A stretch of 64,000 nt of DNA from the human T2T-CHM13v2.0 reference genome, Homo sapiens, in NCBI RefSeq assembly GCF_009914755.1, contig NC_060928.1; one strand, 5' to 3'. Shown piece after piece: positions 15,819 to 34,367 of the stretch. Position 1 is the stretch's first letter. Every line of letters begins with the position of its first letter. Both the position numbers and the translations under genes were made by a program. Below the pieces are notes generated by a model, which worked only from the letters and a program-made list of their open reading frames with translations, ran no database searches and had not been told where the DNA came from.

Positions 15819-16727
15819 GGGGGAGGAGCCAAGATGGCCGAATAGGAACAGCTCCCGTCTACAGCTCCCAGCGTGAGCGACGCAGAAGACGGTGATTTCT
15901 GCATTTCCATCTGAGGTACCGGGTTCATCTCACTAGGGAGTGCCAGACAGTGGGCGCAGGCCAGTGTGTGTGCGCACCGTGCGCGAGCCGAAGCAGGGCG
16001 AGGCATTGCCTCACCTGGGAAGCGCAAGGGGTCAGGGAGTTCCCTTTCTGAGTCAAAGAAAGGGGTGACGGTCGCACCTGGAAAATCGGGTCACTCCCAC
16101 CCGAATATTGCGCTTTTCAGACCGGCTTAAGAAACGGCGCACCACGAGACTATATCCCACACCTGGCTCGGAGGGTCCTACGCCCACGGAATCTCGCTGA
16201 TTGCTAGCACAGCAGTCTGAGATCAAACTGCAAGGCGGCAACGAGGCTGGGGGAGGGGCGCCCGCCATTGCCCAGGCTTGCTTAGGTAAACAAAGCAGCC
16301 GGGAAGCTCGAACTGGGTGGAGCCCACCACAGCTCAAGGAGGCCTGCCTGCCTCTGTAGGCTCCACCTCTGGGGGCAGGGCACAGACAAACAAAAAGACA
16401 GCAGTAACCTCTGCAGACTTAAGTGTCCCTGTCTGACAGCTTTGAAGAGAGCAGTGGTTCTCCCAGCACGCAGCTGGAGATCTGAGAACGGGCAGACAGA
16501 CTGCCTCCTCAAGTGGGTCCCTGACTCCTGACCCCCGAGCAGCCTAACTGGGAGGCACCCCCCAGCAGGGGCACACTGACACCTCACACGGCAGGGTATT
16601 CCAACAGACCTGCAGCTGAGGGTCCTGTCTGTTAGAAGGAAAACTAACAACCAGAAAGGACATCTACACCGAAAACCCATCTGTACATCACCATCATCAA
16701 AGACCAAAAGTAGATAAAACCACAAAG
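15819..16727. promoter_or_regulatory. L1 5'UTR: CpG-rich internal sense promoter plus antisense promoter (ASP)
   Basis: Intact YY1 site CAAGATGGCCG at 15830-15840, unmutated CpG-rich sequence and a full-length UTR. The ASP is established for L1HS 5'UTRs. Confidence 0.85.
16053..16268 (-). CDS. L1 ORF0 (71 aa, MAGAPPPASLPPCSL...RHPFL), intact
   Basis: ATG at 16268-16266 inside ORF-track 16053..16337. Matches the primate L1 ORF0 peptide. Donor GT dinucleotides at 16162-16161 and 16077-16076. Confidence 0.88.
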   Translation of the reverse strand: MAGAPPPASLPPCSLISDCCASNQRDSVGVGPSEPGVGYSLVVRRFLSRSEKRNIRVGVTRFSRCDRHPFL

Positions 16728-17744
16728 ATGGGGAAAAAACAGAACAGAAAAACTGGAAACTCTAAAACGCAGAGCGCCTCTCCTCCTCCAAAGGAACGCA
16801 GTTCCTCACCAGCAACAGAACAAAGCTGGATGGAGAATGATTTTGACGAGCTGAGAGAAGAAGGCTTCAGACGATCAAATTACTCTGAGCTATGGGAGGA
16901 CATTCAAACCAAAGGCAAAGAAGTTGAAAACTTTGAAAAAAATTTAGAAGAATGTATAACTAGAATAACCAATACAGACAAGTGCTTAAAGGAGCTGATG
17001 GAGCTGAAAACCAAGGCTCGAGAACTACGTGAAGAATGCAGAAGCCTCAGGAGCCGATGCGATCAACTGGAAGAAAGGGTATCAGCAATGGAAGATGAAA
17101 TGAATGAAATGAAGCGAGAAGGGAAGTTTAGAGAAAAAAGAATAAAAAGAAATGAGCAAAGCCTCCAAGAAATATGGGACTATGTGAAAAGACCAAATCT
17201 ACGTCTGATTGGTGTACCTGAAAGTGATGTGGAGAATGGAACCAAGTTGGAAAACACTCTGCAGGATATTATCCAGGAGAACTTCCCCAATCTAGCAAGG
17301 CAGGCCAACGTTCAGATTCAGGAAATACAGAGAACGCCACAAAGATACTCCTCGAGAAGAGCAACTCCAAGACACATAATTGTCAGATTCACCAAAGTTG
17401 AAATGAAGGAAAAAATGTTAAGGGCAGTCAGAGAGAAAGGTCGGGTTACCCTCAAAGGAAAGCCCATCAGACTAACAGCGGATCTCTCGGCAGAAACCCT
17501 ACAAGCCAGAAGAGAGTGGGGGACAATATTCAACATTCTTAAAGAAAAGAATTTTCAACCCAGAATTTCATATCCAGCCAAACTAAGCTTCATAAGTGAA
17601 GGAGAAATAAAATACTTTATAGACAAGCAAATGTTGAGAGATTTTGTCACCACCAGGCCTGCCCTAAAAGAGCTCCTGAAGGAAGCGCTAAACATGGAAA
17701 GGAACAACCGGTACCAGCCGCTGCAAAATCATGCCAAAATGTAA
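16728..17744 (+). CDS. L1 ORF1p, 338 aa RNA-binding chaperone, open
   Basis: ORF track. The REKG, ARR and YPAKLS motifs are intact. Confidence 0.97.
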   Translation: MGKKQNRKTGNSKTQSASPPPKERSSSPATEQSWMENDFDELREEGFRRSNYSELWEDIQTKGKEVENFEKNLEECITRITNTDKCLKELMELKTKARELREECRSLRSRCDQLEERVSAMEDEMNEMKREGKFREKRIKRNEQSLQEIWDYVKRPNLRLIGVPESDVENGTKLENTLQDIIQENFPNLARQANVQIQEIQRTPQRYSSRRATPRHIIVRFTKVEMKEKMLRAVREKGRVTLKGKPIRLTADLSAETLQARREWGTIFNILKEKNFQPRISYPAKLSFISEGEIKYFIDKQMLRDFVTTRPALKELLKEALNMERNNRYQPLQNHAKM

Positions 17745-17807
17745 AGACCATCGAGACTAGGAAGAAACTGCATCAACTAATGAGCAAAATCACCAGCTAA
17801 CATCATA

Positions 17808-21635
<3,828 letters not shown>

Positions 21636-22097
21636 ACAATGAGATCACATGGACACAGGAAGGGGAATATCACACTCTGGGGACTGTGGTGGGGTCGGGG
21701 GAGGGGGGAGGGATAGCATTGGGAGATATACCTAATGCTAGATGACACATTAGTGGGTGCAGCGCACCAGCATGGCACATGTATACATATGTAACTAACC
21801 TGCACAATGTGCACATGTACCCTAAAACTTAGAGTATAATAAAAAAAAAAAAAAAGAAGTTAAAATAGAATTCCTATCAGTCCAATTGAATAAGAATGAC
21901 AAAGTAAACCCTAAATATTCTAAGATAAACTTTAAGAGATAATAGGATTAAATTGTTTATCAATTACATGGTCACAAACATAACTGCTGTTGGAGGAGTC
22001 TATAAAGACACCAACCAAAGACAGATGCTTGTTCCCAACAATGGTCATAAACACGGAGACCTTATCAAAAGTTGCAGAATAAGGTAAAGACTTGCTA

Positions 22098-23326
<1,229 letters not shown>

Positions 23327-23548
23327 AAAGACTTGCTAGATGTTTTCAAGGTAGCTACACAGCTACAAAGAGGAGATAATAAATTAAACAAAAATCAAGA
23401 CTCTGTGTAGAAGTCCCTATATATATAGCTACCAGGGGTGCCTATATACAGCTAACTGCAAAGCAGATTAGTATTAATTTAAAAAATAAAAAAGATGAGA
23501 ATACTGTGATTGATGAAAGTTTTGTTTTTAGTCTCATATTTTCATTTA

Positions 23549-23767
<219 letters not shown>

Positions 23768-26700
23768 TCAAATCAGTTATCAAGCATTAGTGTTTATAAA
23801 TAATGCAATAAATAGATTTTCTCAGGCGCACCAAAAATTTGGTAGCTATCTACAAAGAATAAGTGAAGTTACCTCTAATTTTCTAAGTTCAACACAAAAA
23901 ACTGTTAAGTATTTTAAAATATAATTTTTATTGGGAGACTAAGATTGAGAAAAATATTGATTTGCAATCAACCTAAATTGCTTATTATTTTAGTAAAGTC
24001 ATTCTGTTTTCATACAGTCTATAATCATATGGCATGATATTTCATCAACAATTACAGGTTATGTGATTTTTATTTCACCTGTCTGTAGATATCTAAAATA
24101 AATGTCTCATTCCTTTATCAAGATAACATTTTTATTTATGTAAATGAAATAGTTTCTAACTTTCTGACTCCTTCAAAACAAATATAATGAATCTCAGATC
24201 CCGTAGAATTTTTTCTTACACAATGTCTAGCAAATGGGAAATCCTGAAACATAACTTATTTTTCAACTTAAAATTTCAATATAGCTCCCCTAAATTTGTA
24301 CGCTTTAACACTGTTCATAATTCCTATTTTTCTTCTTCCTCATTTTTTGATTCTTTCTTCGTTAACAATTACAATCTCAGTTTCATTAAGATGCTATTCC
24401 CTGCAGCACAAGAGTGCTTATCTACACACACAGTAACACACTCACGTTAGCCTCCATCACTAAGAATTGCTAAGTCTTCCTATGGAACTTTTCAGTGTTT
24501 GTCAAAACCTTCTCCTGTTTTTCAAACTTCTCTGGACAAACAATAGATGTTTTTCTCTTTCACAGGTTCATTTTGCAACCAGATCTACCAAACCATCGAT
24601 AATTGGCCCTTGGAACTTACTTTTTGCCTTTCCCCTGCAGACCAAACCTCAGTTTTCATATCTACCTAAGTTTAGTTACACTTGGAAATATCTTTTGGAA
24701 AACAATTTTTGTGAAAGGACATGGAGGTAATGATGATTGAGGGTACAGAATGTCAAACAAAACAGATCAAACATTTAGCTACATGAAGTCAATAGCTCTG
24801 AATGAAGTGGTACGGGAACAGTGTTTTCACTGATTTCTGCATGAATGGTTTACAAAAATCTCCTCTCCACTCCGACACATTGTATAAAATTCTGTCCCCC
24901 AGCTCCAGCCCCAATCTGCATACACTCAAAATGCCAAGAATATATATCTGGCCCATCATTGGCCCTGTGTTCATTGAAAACCAGCTTCAACACTGACCAC
25001 TGGCTGTCTATTTAACCCATAAAAATTGGTGGTCTCTAGCCCTTTTTCTCCACAACCAATATAAACTAAAATGAAGAGAGACAAACAGAAAAAGTGAAAC
25101 TGGAAAAGAACAAACAGGATTCCTGGTGTGTTACATGTCACATGGCTGTTAGATGTTTCTTTTTATGCAAAACCAAAATATTAAAAGCTAATAATTAAGC
25201 TCTATTTTAAAGCAACTATGTCTCTGCAGCACAAGGTGCTTAACAAATACATTCTCTCCACAAATATTAACCCTAAGGATATTCCTGGGGCAAGGACTGA
25301 AATAAAGAAAAAAATATATTTTACTGAGAAATGAGGCACTGGATGAATAGAAAAATACACTTTAAAGAACAAAGTTTTCAAGTTCAAGAAGGTCTAGCTC
25401 AATGCTCTATTCATAAGGTTTACAGAACTTGGAGAGAAGTAGCAAAATTAAGCTATAATCTTCATGTAAAAGGTGACATTTCCTGCCTGAAATCACTTCA
25501 GTGATCTCACATATCCCTGGCTCCTCTTTCTATCTCAACTTTATTATTAGGTTTTTAAATTTTTTATATGAATAACCATTTCAAAGGTATATTCTCTAAG
25601 CACCCCAAAATAAAGAAAAATCCATTTCAACTTGGGTTTTAAAAAGTATTATATATTTACAATGTCTCCATCCTTCGCATACCAGACCACTGGCATATTC
25701 AATGTTTGGAAACCGCGTGTTCTTAGAAGACAGTAGAACAAGGCTATGTGTTGAGGAGGTTGTCCATGATCTCTATGGTCCCTTTTTCCTCTAAAATGCT
25801 ATGATCTCTGATCCACTTGACTGGAAACACAGGTTACAGCAGCCTTCCTCAGAGGCTCTGTCAGATCAGAGATCAGAGCAAGCTACTCAGGGATGTAATT
25901 AACTGGGTACATGAAGACAGACGAGGTATGGCAGGGATGCTGGGGACGAAATCCCCCAGGATGGCTCCCTTAGAAGTGGCTCTGAAAGGAAGGAAACCTC
26001 AGTACTGGAGTCTAATTTGGCATAAGTCCTTTCTTTTGAATTGGCCAACAGACCTGTCACTGTGGTCAGTATGAAGATGCAGAGGACCCCTGGGGAAGTT
26101 TCTGATGCTATGAAGTATGCCCTGGCATCCAGAAGACAGAACAGCAAGCATCTGGCACAGCGCAGCCTGTGAGGACAGGACTAGAGACACACAAAACCCA
26201 ATCACTCTGCATGCAGAGGTGATTTTAACTAAAGCAGAAGAAAATAAGCTGCTTGGGATATTTGGTTCTTCATATTTTAATGAGGAACCTGTTGTGGTTT
26301 CTATTGTAAAGATCAGTGTGTTTATGAGAAGCAGCAATAATTTGCAGGTGAAGTTTCCAGGTTCAGAAGGTTGTATCAAGCAAGTGCCCTGGACTTCATT
26401 GAGCCACCCTGGCAGATTTAGAAGTAATATGTCTCATACTGCCAATCCATGGTTTAAGATACAGCATGTTAAGCAAACAATCCAGTCCCTGGCTAATTTC
26501 TTGCAGAAATATGTAGTACTTTAAAGGAGAAAACTCACCATTAGCTTGGTTTCTTTGTTTTACTATCCTATGCTGAGAAGAAATCATTCATGAAAATTCA
26601 GTATGTGGAAATTTAGGATCTTTGCATTCAATCATTCAAGTAGTTACTTAGTGCTTCCTGTGAGCTAGGGGCATGTTCTTGACACTGCGGATACAACTGT

Positions 26701-27083
26701 AGACAAAACACAAAAACCCCTTGTGTCAAGCTGCTGCTTTTTAAAAGCTGAGGTCGGTGTGCACGCCTGTCCATCGCCAAGTATGCCTGCACTCAGTCCT
26801 CTAGAATGTTGTTTTCCCCACTTATAACTGGAAAAGTTTGAGTTTTTTTCCAAGACTCAGTTCAAACATTACTTCTTCAGGAATTCTTTCCAACACATCC
26901 TCCAAAAATGCTGAATTGGCCACCCTCTCTTTTGTGAACCATTGTTCTGTGTATCTGAATTGTACCTCTCGGAATCCTTGGTTGTTCTTGTTTACAAATC
27001 TATGCTCCTGAAGGTTGGGACACTATGTCATTCACATTTACAGTCCCATTGCCCAGCAGAGTGACCACTTTCTACATCTAGGG

Positions 27084-27282
27084 CAGTGGTTCTCAAATGT
27101 TAGCACATCAGAAACATCGGGAGGGCTTGTTAAAACACAGACTGATTTTGCCATCCTCACAGTGTCTGATTCAAAAAGCCTGGGGAGAGGGATGGGAGTT
27201 GTGGTGAGAATTGGTATTTTTAACAAGATGCCCAGTGATGCTGCTGCTGCTGACTTGGGGGTTCACACTTTGAGAACCACTA
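27084..27282. mobile_element. MER5A-like hAT-Charlie MITE
   Basis: Terminal inverted repeats cagtggttctcaaa / tttgagaaccact. Confidence 0.8.
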
Positions 27283-27524
27283 ATCTAGTACATAGGGTGT
27301 GCTCAATGAATGTGTGTCAATTAGTGAATGACTATAATACAAAGGCAGAAAAAGCTTGCGAATGCTTTCAACACATTCTTCCAGCTTCATTCAGGTAAGC
27401 TGCAAAGCTCTACTTAGTTCACAGACCCAAGTAAGGATCATCAGCCAGGTCTCCCAATCAGTTGTCTTCTATAATCTCAATAGTAACATTTATCATGCAC
27501 TTTCATGTGACAGACACTGCTTTG

Positions 27525-28353
27525 TTTCATTTTTTAATAATTTCAACTTTTACTTTAGATTCAGGGGGTACACGTGCAAGTTTGTTACATGGGTATATTG
27601 AGTGATGCTGAAGTTTGGGATATGGATTATCCCATCACCAAGATAGTGAGCATAGTACCCAACAGTTAGGTTTTCAACCCTTGTCCCCTTCCTCCCTCCC
27701 CACTCTATTAGTCCCCAGTGTCTCTTGTTGCCATCTTTATGTCCCTGAGTACCCAGTATCCAAGCTCCCACTTGTAAGTGAGAACATGTAGTATTTTGTT
27801 TTCAGTTCCTGTGTTAATTTGTTAGGATAATGGCTTCTGGCTGTTTCCATGTTGCTGCAAAGGACATGATTTTGTTCTTTTTTTGTGTCTGTGTAGTATT
27901 CCATGGGTGTATATGTACCACATTTTCTTTATCTAATCCACTGTTGATGGTCACTTAGGTTGATTCCATGTCTTTGCTATTTTGAATAGTGCAGTGATGA
28001 ACATGTGAGTGTATGTATCTTTTTGATAGAATGATTTATTTTCTTTTGGATATATATGCAGTAATGGGATTGCTGGGTTGAATGGTAGTTCTAAGTTCTT
28101 TGAGAAATCTCCAGAACTGCTTTCCACAGACACTGAAGTAATTTACATTCCCACTAATTGTGCATAAATAAGTGTTCTCTTTTCTCTGTAGCCTCTCCAG
28201 TATCTGTTGTTTTTTCACTTTCTAATAGTAGCCATTCTGACTGGTGTAAGATGGTGTCTCATTGTGGTTTTGATTTGCATTTCTCTGATGATTACTGATG
28301 TTGAGCTTTTTTTCCTATATTTGTTGGCCACTTGTATGTCTTCTTTTGAGAAG
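27525..28353 (-). mobile_element. Old L1 3' end (L1PA15/16-like) inserted into a MIR
   Basis: L1 3'UTR and ORF2 C-terminal remnants. TSD CAGACACTGCTTTG at 27511-27524 and 28354-28367. MIR-like sequence continues on both sides. Confidence 0.85.
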
Positions 28354-30006
28354 CAGACACTGCTTTGAATGCTTACTGCATGTGGAATAATTTAATTCTC
28401 ACAGCAACCCCTTGATGTTGGTTTTATTATTACCCTCATTTTCACAAGAGGCAACAGTGGCACAGAACAGTTAAACAACCTGGACAAGGTCACCATAGCT
28501 AGAAATTGACAGAGACAGAATCTAAACCCACAAGTGTAGCTCCAAAGCCCTCACACTTAACTCTTTACACTCTACTACACATTAGTTATAGGTGGTACAG
28601 TGTGAAACAGGGGAAGGGGGCACTAGTGAAAATCAAAGCTGGGCTCCTCTTTTTGTGCCTATGTGAAAGACAGGGGGAGGATGGGGGGAGGGGGATGAGG
28701 GGAAGGGGAAGGGGCAAACCACAGAACACAGCAAATGATTGGAGTGACTGGTTTCTCGACTCTCCCAAGGATGGTACATAACTAGTGCCAGGGTAGATGC
28801 ATTAGGGAGAAGTTAGTTCAATACACACAATGAATGCCTTAGGACATCAGGGCTTAATTCTCTAACTGGGCAGAGAGAGACTGAGTGGAAGCAAGATTGA
28901 CTGTTATCAACCCATTCAATCTAGAAACTATTTCATCTGAAAGAATCTGGGGGTCCACTTGGTAAAATAATATGGGGCAAACTAACCAGGCTTAGAAAGA
29001 CAAATAGGTAGCAGTTCTTGATGAAGAGATGTTGACTGTCTGTAGAATCACAGTTATCAACCTACAGTTAGAAAACAGATGGTGCATTTTAAATCACTCC
29101 TGTAAGTGAGCTGACCTGTAAATTGTCATTAATGCACCAGTTCTTCACTTGCTCTGCTGTGTAATCGGCCTTTTATCTCCTATCAGGGAAATCCATTAGC
29201 CACAGGCATCTCCACTATTTGTGTCTCTTCCCAGCTATTAAAACATTATTGTATTAAATAATTCACCCTTGGTGATTGGTCTTCACTTTCATTAGCACCA
29301 CATTCAGGGAAAAATAAGAATAGATATTTACAGTTGATACTGTAGAATTATGAATGTTAACTCTCTTTTGCTAGGAAATCAGAAAGTAGCAGCTTCAGAC
29401 ATAGAGCAGGATTTGTTGTCTTCCTGCTCTATTTCCACCTCTCCACATCACCCGCAGAGCCCAGCCCTGGGGAAAGGGAAAGGGAAGAAGGCTTGCTTAC
29501 TATTGTGCCCACACACAGACACACTCCTAATACCCATATCTCCTTCCTGTCACAAAGATAAACATTTAAACAGAAGAAGGAAGAGTCTCCCCAGGCCCCA
29601 ATCCCCTCCCTATACACGATATAGTTCAGCTTTTCTTTCATTCCTACTGCTCCTTCTCTCACAGGGGTACATGCAAACTAAACTTACATAAAATTGTCAA
29701 GTAAATGTATACCAGGTGACAGACTCAAATGTTAAAAAGACTATGATTTTTATCAAAATTAGGAATATGGTTATTAAACAGCCATACTGATTCAGTTGCA
29801 TGCATCAAGCTAAAATTGGGTTATTGTGTGGAAAGTATATGTTTAGGAGAGGAAAGTATCTTTTTAATATTTATATGCACAGTCTTTTTCCCTCTCTGAG
29901 AAATAAAGAACAAAAGAGGCTTAGTAGATTTTATCAATATAAAAACATTATATAAAACATGGCTTCACTTTTCTTTTTGTTTATATGCTAGCTACTGTTC
30001 TTTTCT

Positions 30007-30456
30007 TAGTTTTATTGAGGTATAATTGACAAAGATTGTATCTATTCAAAGTGTACAACATGATGTTTTGATATACATATATATTACAAAATGATTACTA
30101 TGATAAAGCTATTTAACATACCCATCACCTCACATAGTTACCTTTTTGTGTATGATCTTAATACTTAAGATCTAATCACTTAGCAAATTTTAAATATGCA
30201 ATACTTTATTATTAACTATAGTAGCGATGCTGTAAATTAGGTGTCCAGAACTTACTGGCTTATAACTGCAAGTCTGCATCCTTTGGTCAACATCTCCCCA
30301 TTTCTCCAACTCCCTGGCTCCTGGTAACCTCCCTTCTACTCTGTTTCTATGAGTTTGACTCTTTTAGATTCCACATATAAGTGAGATTATGCAGTAATTT
30401 TCTTTCTGTGTCTGGTTTATTTCACCTAGCATAATGTCCTCCAGTTCATCCATGTT
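30007..30456 (-). mobile_element. L1MA-type 3'UTR fragment
   Basis: ttttattgaggtataattgac...gtacaacatgatgttttgatata...cacctcacatagttacc resembles L1MA 3' ends. Confidence 0.7.
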
Positions 30457-33400
30457 ATACGCTAATTTAAAATGTAAGATGAAAAGGTTACTTTCTAATA
30501 ACTTTGATGGAAACTTAAAGTGTGCAATCACAGGTTCAGGTTACTCAAACCCACACAGTCTGTTTAGTGAAATGTGCCAAAATGAACCGTAAATTGGCTT
30601 GTTCTAACCTAGAGGAAAGAGGAAAGCTATGAAGAATTGAGCTTCCAGGCCATGAAGGGCTGGAGGCAGAGATACTCAGAGGCCTCTAGGACCAAACTTT
30701 GCTCCCTAATTTTTGACCAAAGGATTTGGTCTTGTCAATCCTGAGTGTGGTTTGGGAACCAAAGGACCTGCTATTGCTAAATATTCTCTTAAGTAGAACA
30801 CATGATTAAGTTCCTTCAGCTTGGTTACCAATAGGCAAGGGAGTAGCAAGGAACCAGTGTCTTTCCAACTCTGGATTGACCCTACCCGCTTAAGGAGCAC
30901 CCCCAGTAGCTGGTGCTGAAGAAGGAACCAAAGGGCAAGGGAAAAGCCTGGCTAGGACAAGACTGCCCCAACTCATCCCATGTCTCCAGCTCACTTCAGT
31001 GAAGCCTGAGAAGTCCCACACCAGCAGTGCAACTGGCCTTCTTGGGACAGTAGTCCTTAATGGGGGAAGAAGTTTATCAATGTCACCTCTTTCACCTCTA
31101 GAGCATTTGAAAACTGCTTACTAGGTGCTTCCCTTCCCTTAGTCAGAAGCTACTCTTAGCTTCAAGGGGAGATTTGTCTTCATTTGCTTTAGAACAAGGT
31201 AGAGAAACTGACTCAATGTGAAGCAACTGAGACAATCAGATGGCTAGTTTTTTTTCAAGTGGTTTTAGGTTTATCATTTTATGCATCTCACACGTGTGTC
31301 CATTAATTATGCAACCATAAATGGAAACAAATTATAAAAAATAATTATTGTACATGACACTAATGGCTGTATACATTGTTTCTGTTCATAGTGATGGGAT
31401 CAAAAGTTGAAGAATTTTCTATCATAGACAGCAAATTACTACGGAAACTAATGATGACTGTAGCCTTGAAAGCTGCCCCTTGATCTCTTTCGCTGACCTA
31501 GACCTCTCTCTTCTATGAACTCCTATTAAGCTCAGTTCGAATCACAGTTTAGCAGTCAATTTCTTCTCTAAATTTCTTCCATATTCTTGATTCTTGTTTG
31601 CCCAAATACGTTTTAAGTTTCTTCAAGGCAATTATTATGCCTGCTTCTTTTTCCTCTTACCTATATTACTTAGGATATAATGTTCAAGAAAAAGTAATTG
31701 TGTGCTGATAATATGTTTTAAAACAAACTGTGTCTCCCAAGAGGCATGCTTAGGAAGCATAACCTGGAAGGGGCATTCAAGGGGAGGCAGACCCAGGCTG
31801 AAAGCGTCTTGTGTTCTCTACCAGTTGTGCAGTCTCAGTCGAGTGACAAAATCTCTCTGAACCTAGCTTTTCTCATATAAAGTGAAGATAATACCTCCAA
31901 AGCTAGTCATGCCTGTTACGTGGGATTATGCATCAAGTAACCATAGTAGCTACTCAATAAAAATTATCCTACCCCAGAAAAACAAGGTTTCTTATACAAA
32001 GATGTGAGAATTCAAACCTATTGAATTTAAGAACTACTGAAATGGAAACTAATTGGAGAGACAGTCAGATCAAGGGAACATATAGTTAGCCTAGAAACAG
32101 AGCCTGGTATGTATATATTCTGTGTACATATGTGTTTGTGTATACACATGCATATGTGTATATCAGTCCAATGATCACAGTGCCTTATAAACCTACTTGC
32201 TGAGGGGCCAGCTCTCTAAGAAACCAAGTCATATAAAACCAGTTGATAGAATAGAAGAGCTAGCAGTGCCCCCATTTACTCAAGGGGTGCTTACATGATT
32301 CCGAGTGGGTGAGCATGTAGGCCAATGTTTGTCAAATACCCCAAGGTAATGATGTGACCATCCCCATATATGAAGATGGTGTCATCTATGAACTCTGAGG
32401 ATGACTTTCAGCAGTGGTCAAAGCTTGCACTCCACATGTTTCAAGAGGTCTTGATGCTCAATTGACCTTTATGGCTGGAGAGAGGAGAAGTGTGGCTTTG
32501 GTCTGTCATTCTAATGGTAAAAACTCAAAGTGTTACTGACCTTTCTCTGCCAATTATGCACCTATTTAAATAAATTGATGGTCTGCAGAATTTGGGGGCT
32601 TGAGCTCATGACAACACCATCCAATATATGGTTTCCTTAGACTGCAATTACACAGAATTAGACTGATTTGTTTCTATGGTGTGAACAGCTATCTTTGACC
32701 TACTTTGTCTTTCAGAGGGAGTAGGAAAGAAGCCTAGATACACAGGTAGCTTCCTTTCATTCCTCTTCTTAGAGTAAGCAAGATGTAGTTGGGGAGAAAG
32801 TATAAGTTAACTACTACGGAGACTGGTAGTCATATGGAGACTGCACAACTTGTAGAGAACAGGAGTCCACAGAAGGAAAGATTTCAAAATGCTTGATCAA
32901 CTGTCCTAGTACTGTTCACTAGGGTTTAAAACCCAACCACCTGACTTCACAGCCAAAGTGCTTAACTCAGCCCTATCGCCTCTTCATCTTAATTACCATC
33001 CTATACTACTTTTCAAGTTTTAGAATCTCTCTCCTTCAGTCTTCTCTATTATATGCTGCTGATAAAGACCATAATAATGGCTGCTAAACACAGTATTAGT
33101 GATAAACCACATCAAAGGAAAGGAAAGATATGCAAGTTTTTAAGTGATGTTAGACACAGCAGAGAATCAGAACCATGCAAATGAAAACAAAAAACTGAAG
33201 TAAGAAAGAGATCCATTGAGAAACATTGGAAGTTTCTATCTACCTTTTCATTCTCCTCAAATTAAAAATTTTCTTTCAGTAGAAAATTTATTGCAAAAAA
33301 TCTACTACTATTTAATGAAGTGTTTTCTATGTTAGTAATCTCCTTTGAAATATAACTGTGAAATTATAATTTCTAAGTTGAATTTTAATTATTTGTGCAT

Positions 33401-34005
33401 GTATCCTCTTTTCTCTATTAAACCATAAGATCTTTAATGAAAGGATCAATGTCAGATTAATCTTTGTAGTACTCACAATACACAATAGGTTTCAATAAAA
33501 GGATGATTATTTTGCTTAAGATTATTAAAAAACTATAATTTATTTTTCATAGCAAATAAAAGGTAAGATGTTATGAGTCAGGTTGAGTTCCTAACCTCCT
33601 AACCATTCATTTATCATTTGAATCATTCTAATCATTCATTACTCATCTACCTTTCTATTGCCCTCCTTCCAATAAATATTTATTGAATACTTGGCATTGA
33701 AGATAAGGTAATGAATAAGACATGCACAATTTCAATTCCTGGCCTGTTAGATGTTAAAATCTAGTGGACACTTGCCACTTGTACCACTGTTTCATAAGGA
33801 AGATTAATATGAAATTCCAAGTAACGAACTTATAAGTACAGTTTTTAAAGCTGGACAAGGCGTTAATTTATCCTCACAGACAGGAACTCCATGGACTGAG
33901 GAAGATATACTGAGAAAATAAAGAAGAACAAGAATTTCTGCCCTTGCCTAAATGAGAGATATGTTATCAAGATAATTGAGGTAATGTATTTGAAAGCACT
34001 CTCGG

Positions 34006-34367
34006 TCCATGATAATCTGAATGTTTCTGTGCCCCTAAAATTTGTATATTTAAATCCAAACCCCCTGGGTGCTGGTATTGGGAGACAGGACTTTGGGAGG
34101 TGATTAGGTCCTGAGGGTGGAGACCTTATGAATGAATTAGTGCTCTTATAAAAGAGGCCCTAGAGAGCTGCCTTGCCCTTTCCACCTTGTGAGGACACAG
34201 CAAAAAAGCAGCCATCTATGACCCAGAAAGCAGGCCTTTACCAGACACTGAATCTGCCTTCATCTTGGACTTCCCAGCTTCCAGAACTGTCAGAAATAAA
34301 TTTCTTTTGTTTATAAGCCACCCAGTTTGTGGTATTTTTTTTACAGTAGCCTGGATGAACTAAGACA
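34006..34367 (+). mobile_element. MaLR solo LTR (MLT1A-like)
   Basis: cttataaaagagg, ggacttcccagcttccagaactgt, aataaa, terminal ctaagaca. Confidence 0.82.

Noticed and set aside
25817-26587. Cluster of overlapping 60-135 aa ORFs
   Set aside because: No recognisable protein similarity; partly LTR-like degraded sequence; consistent with chance.
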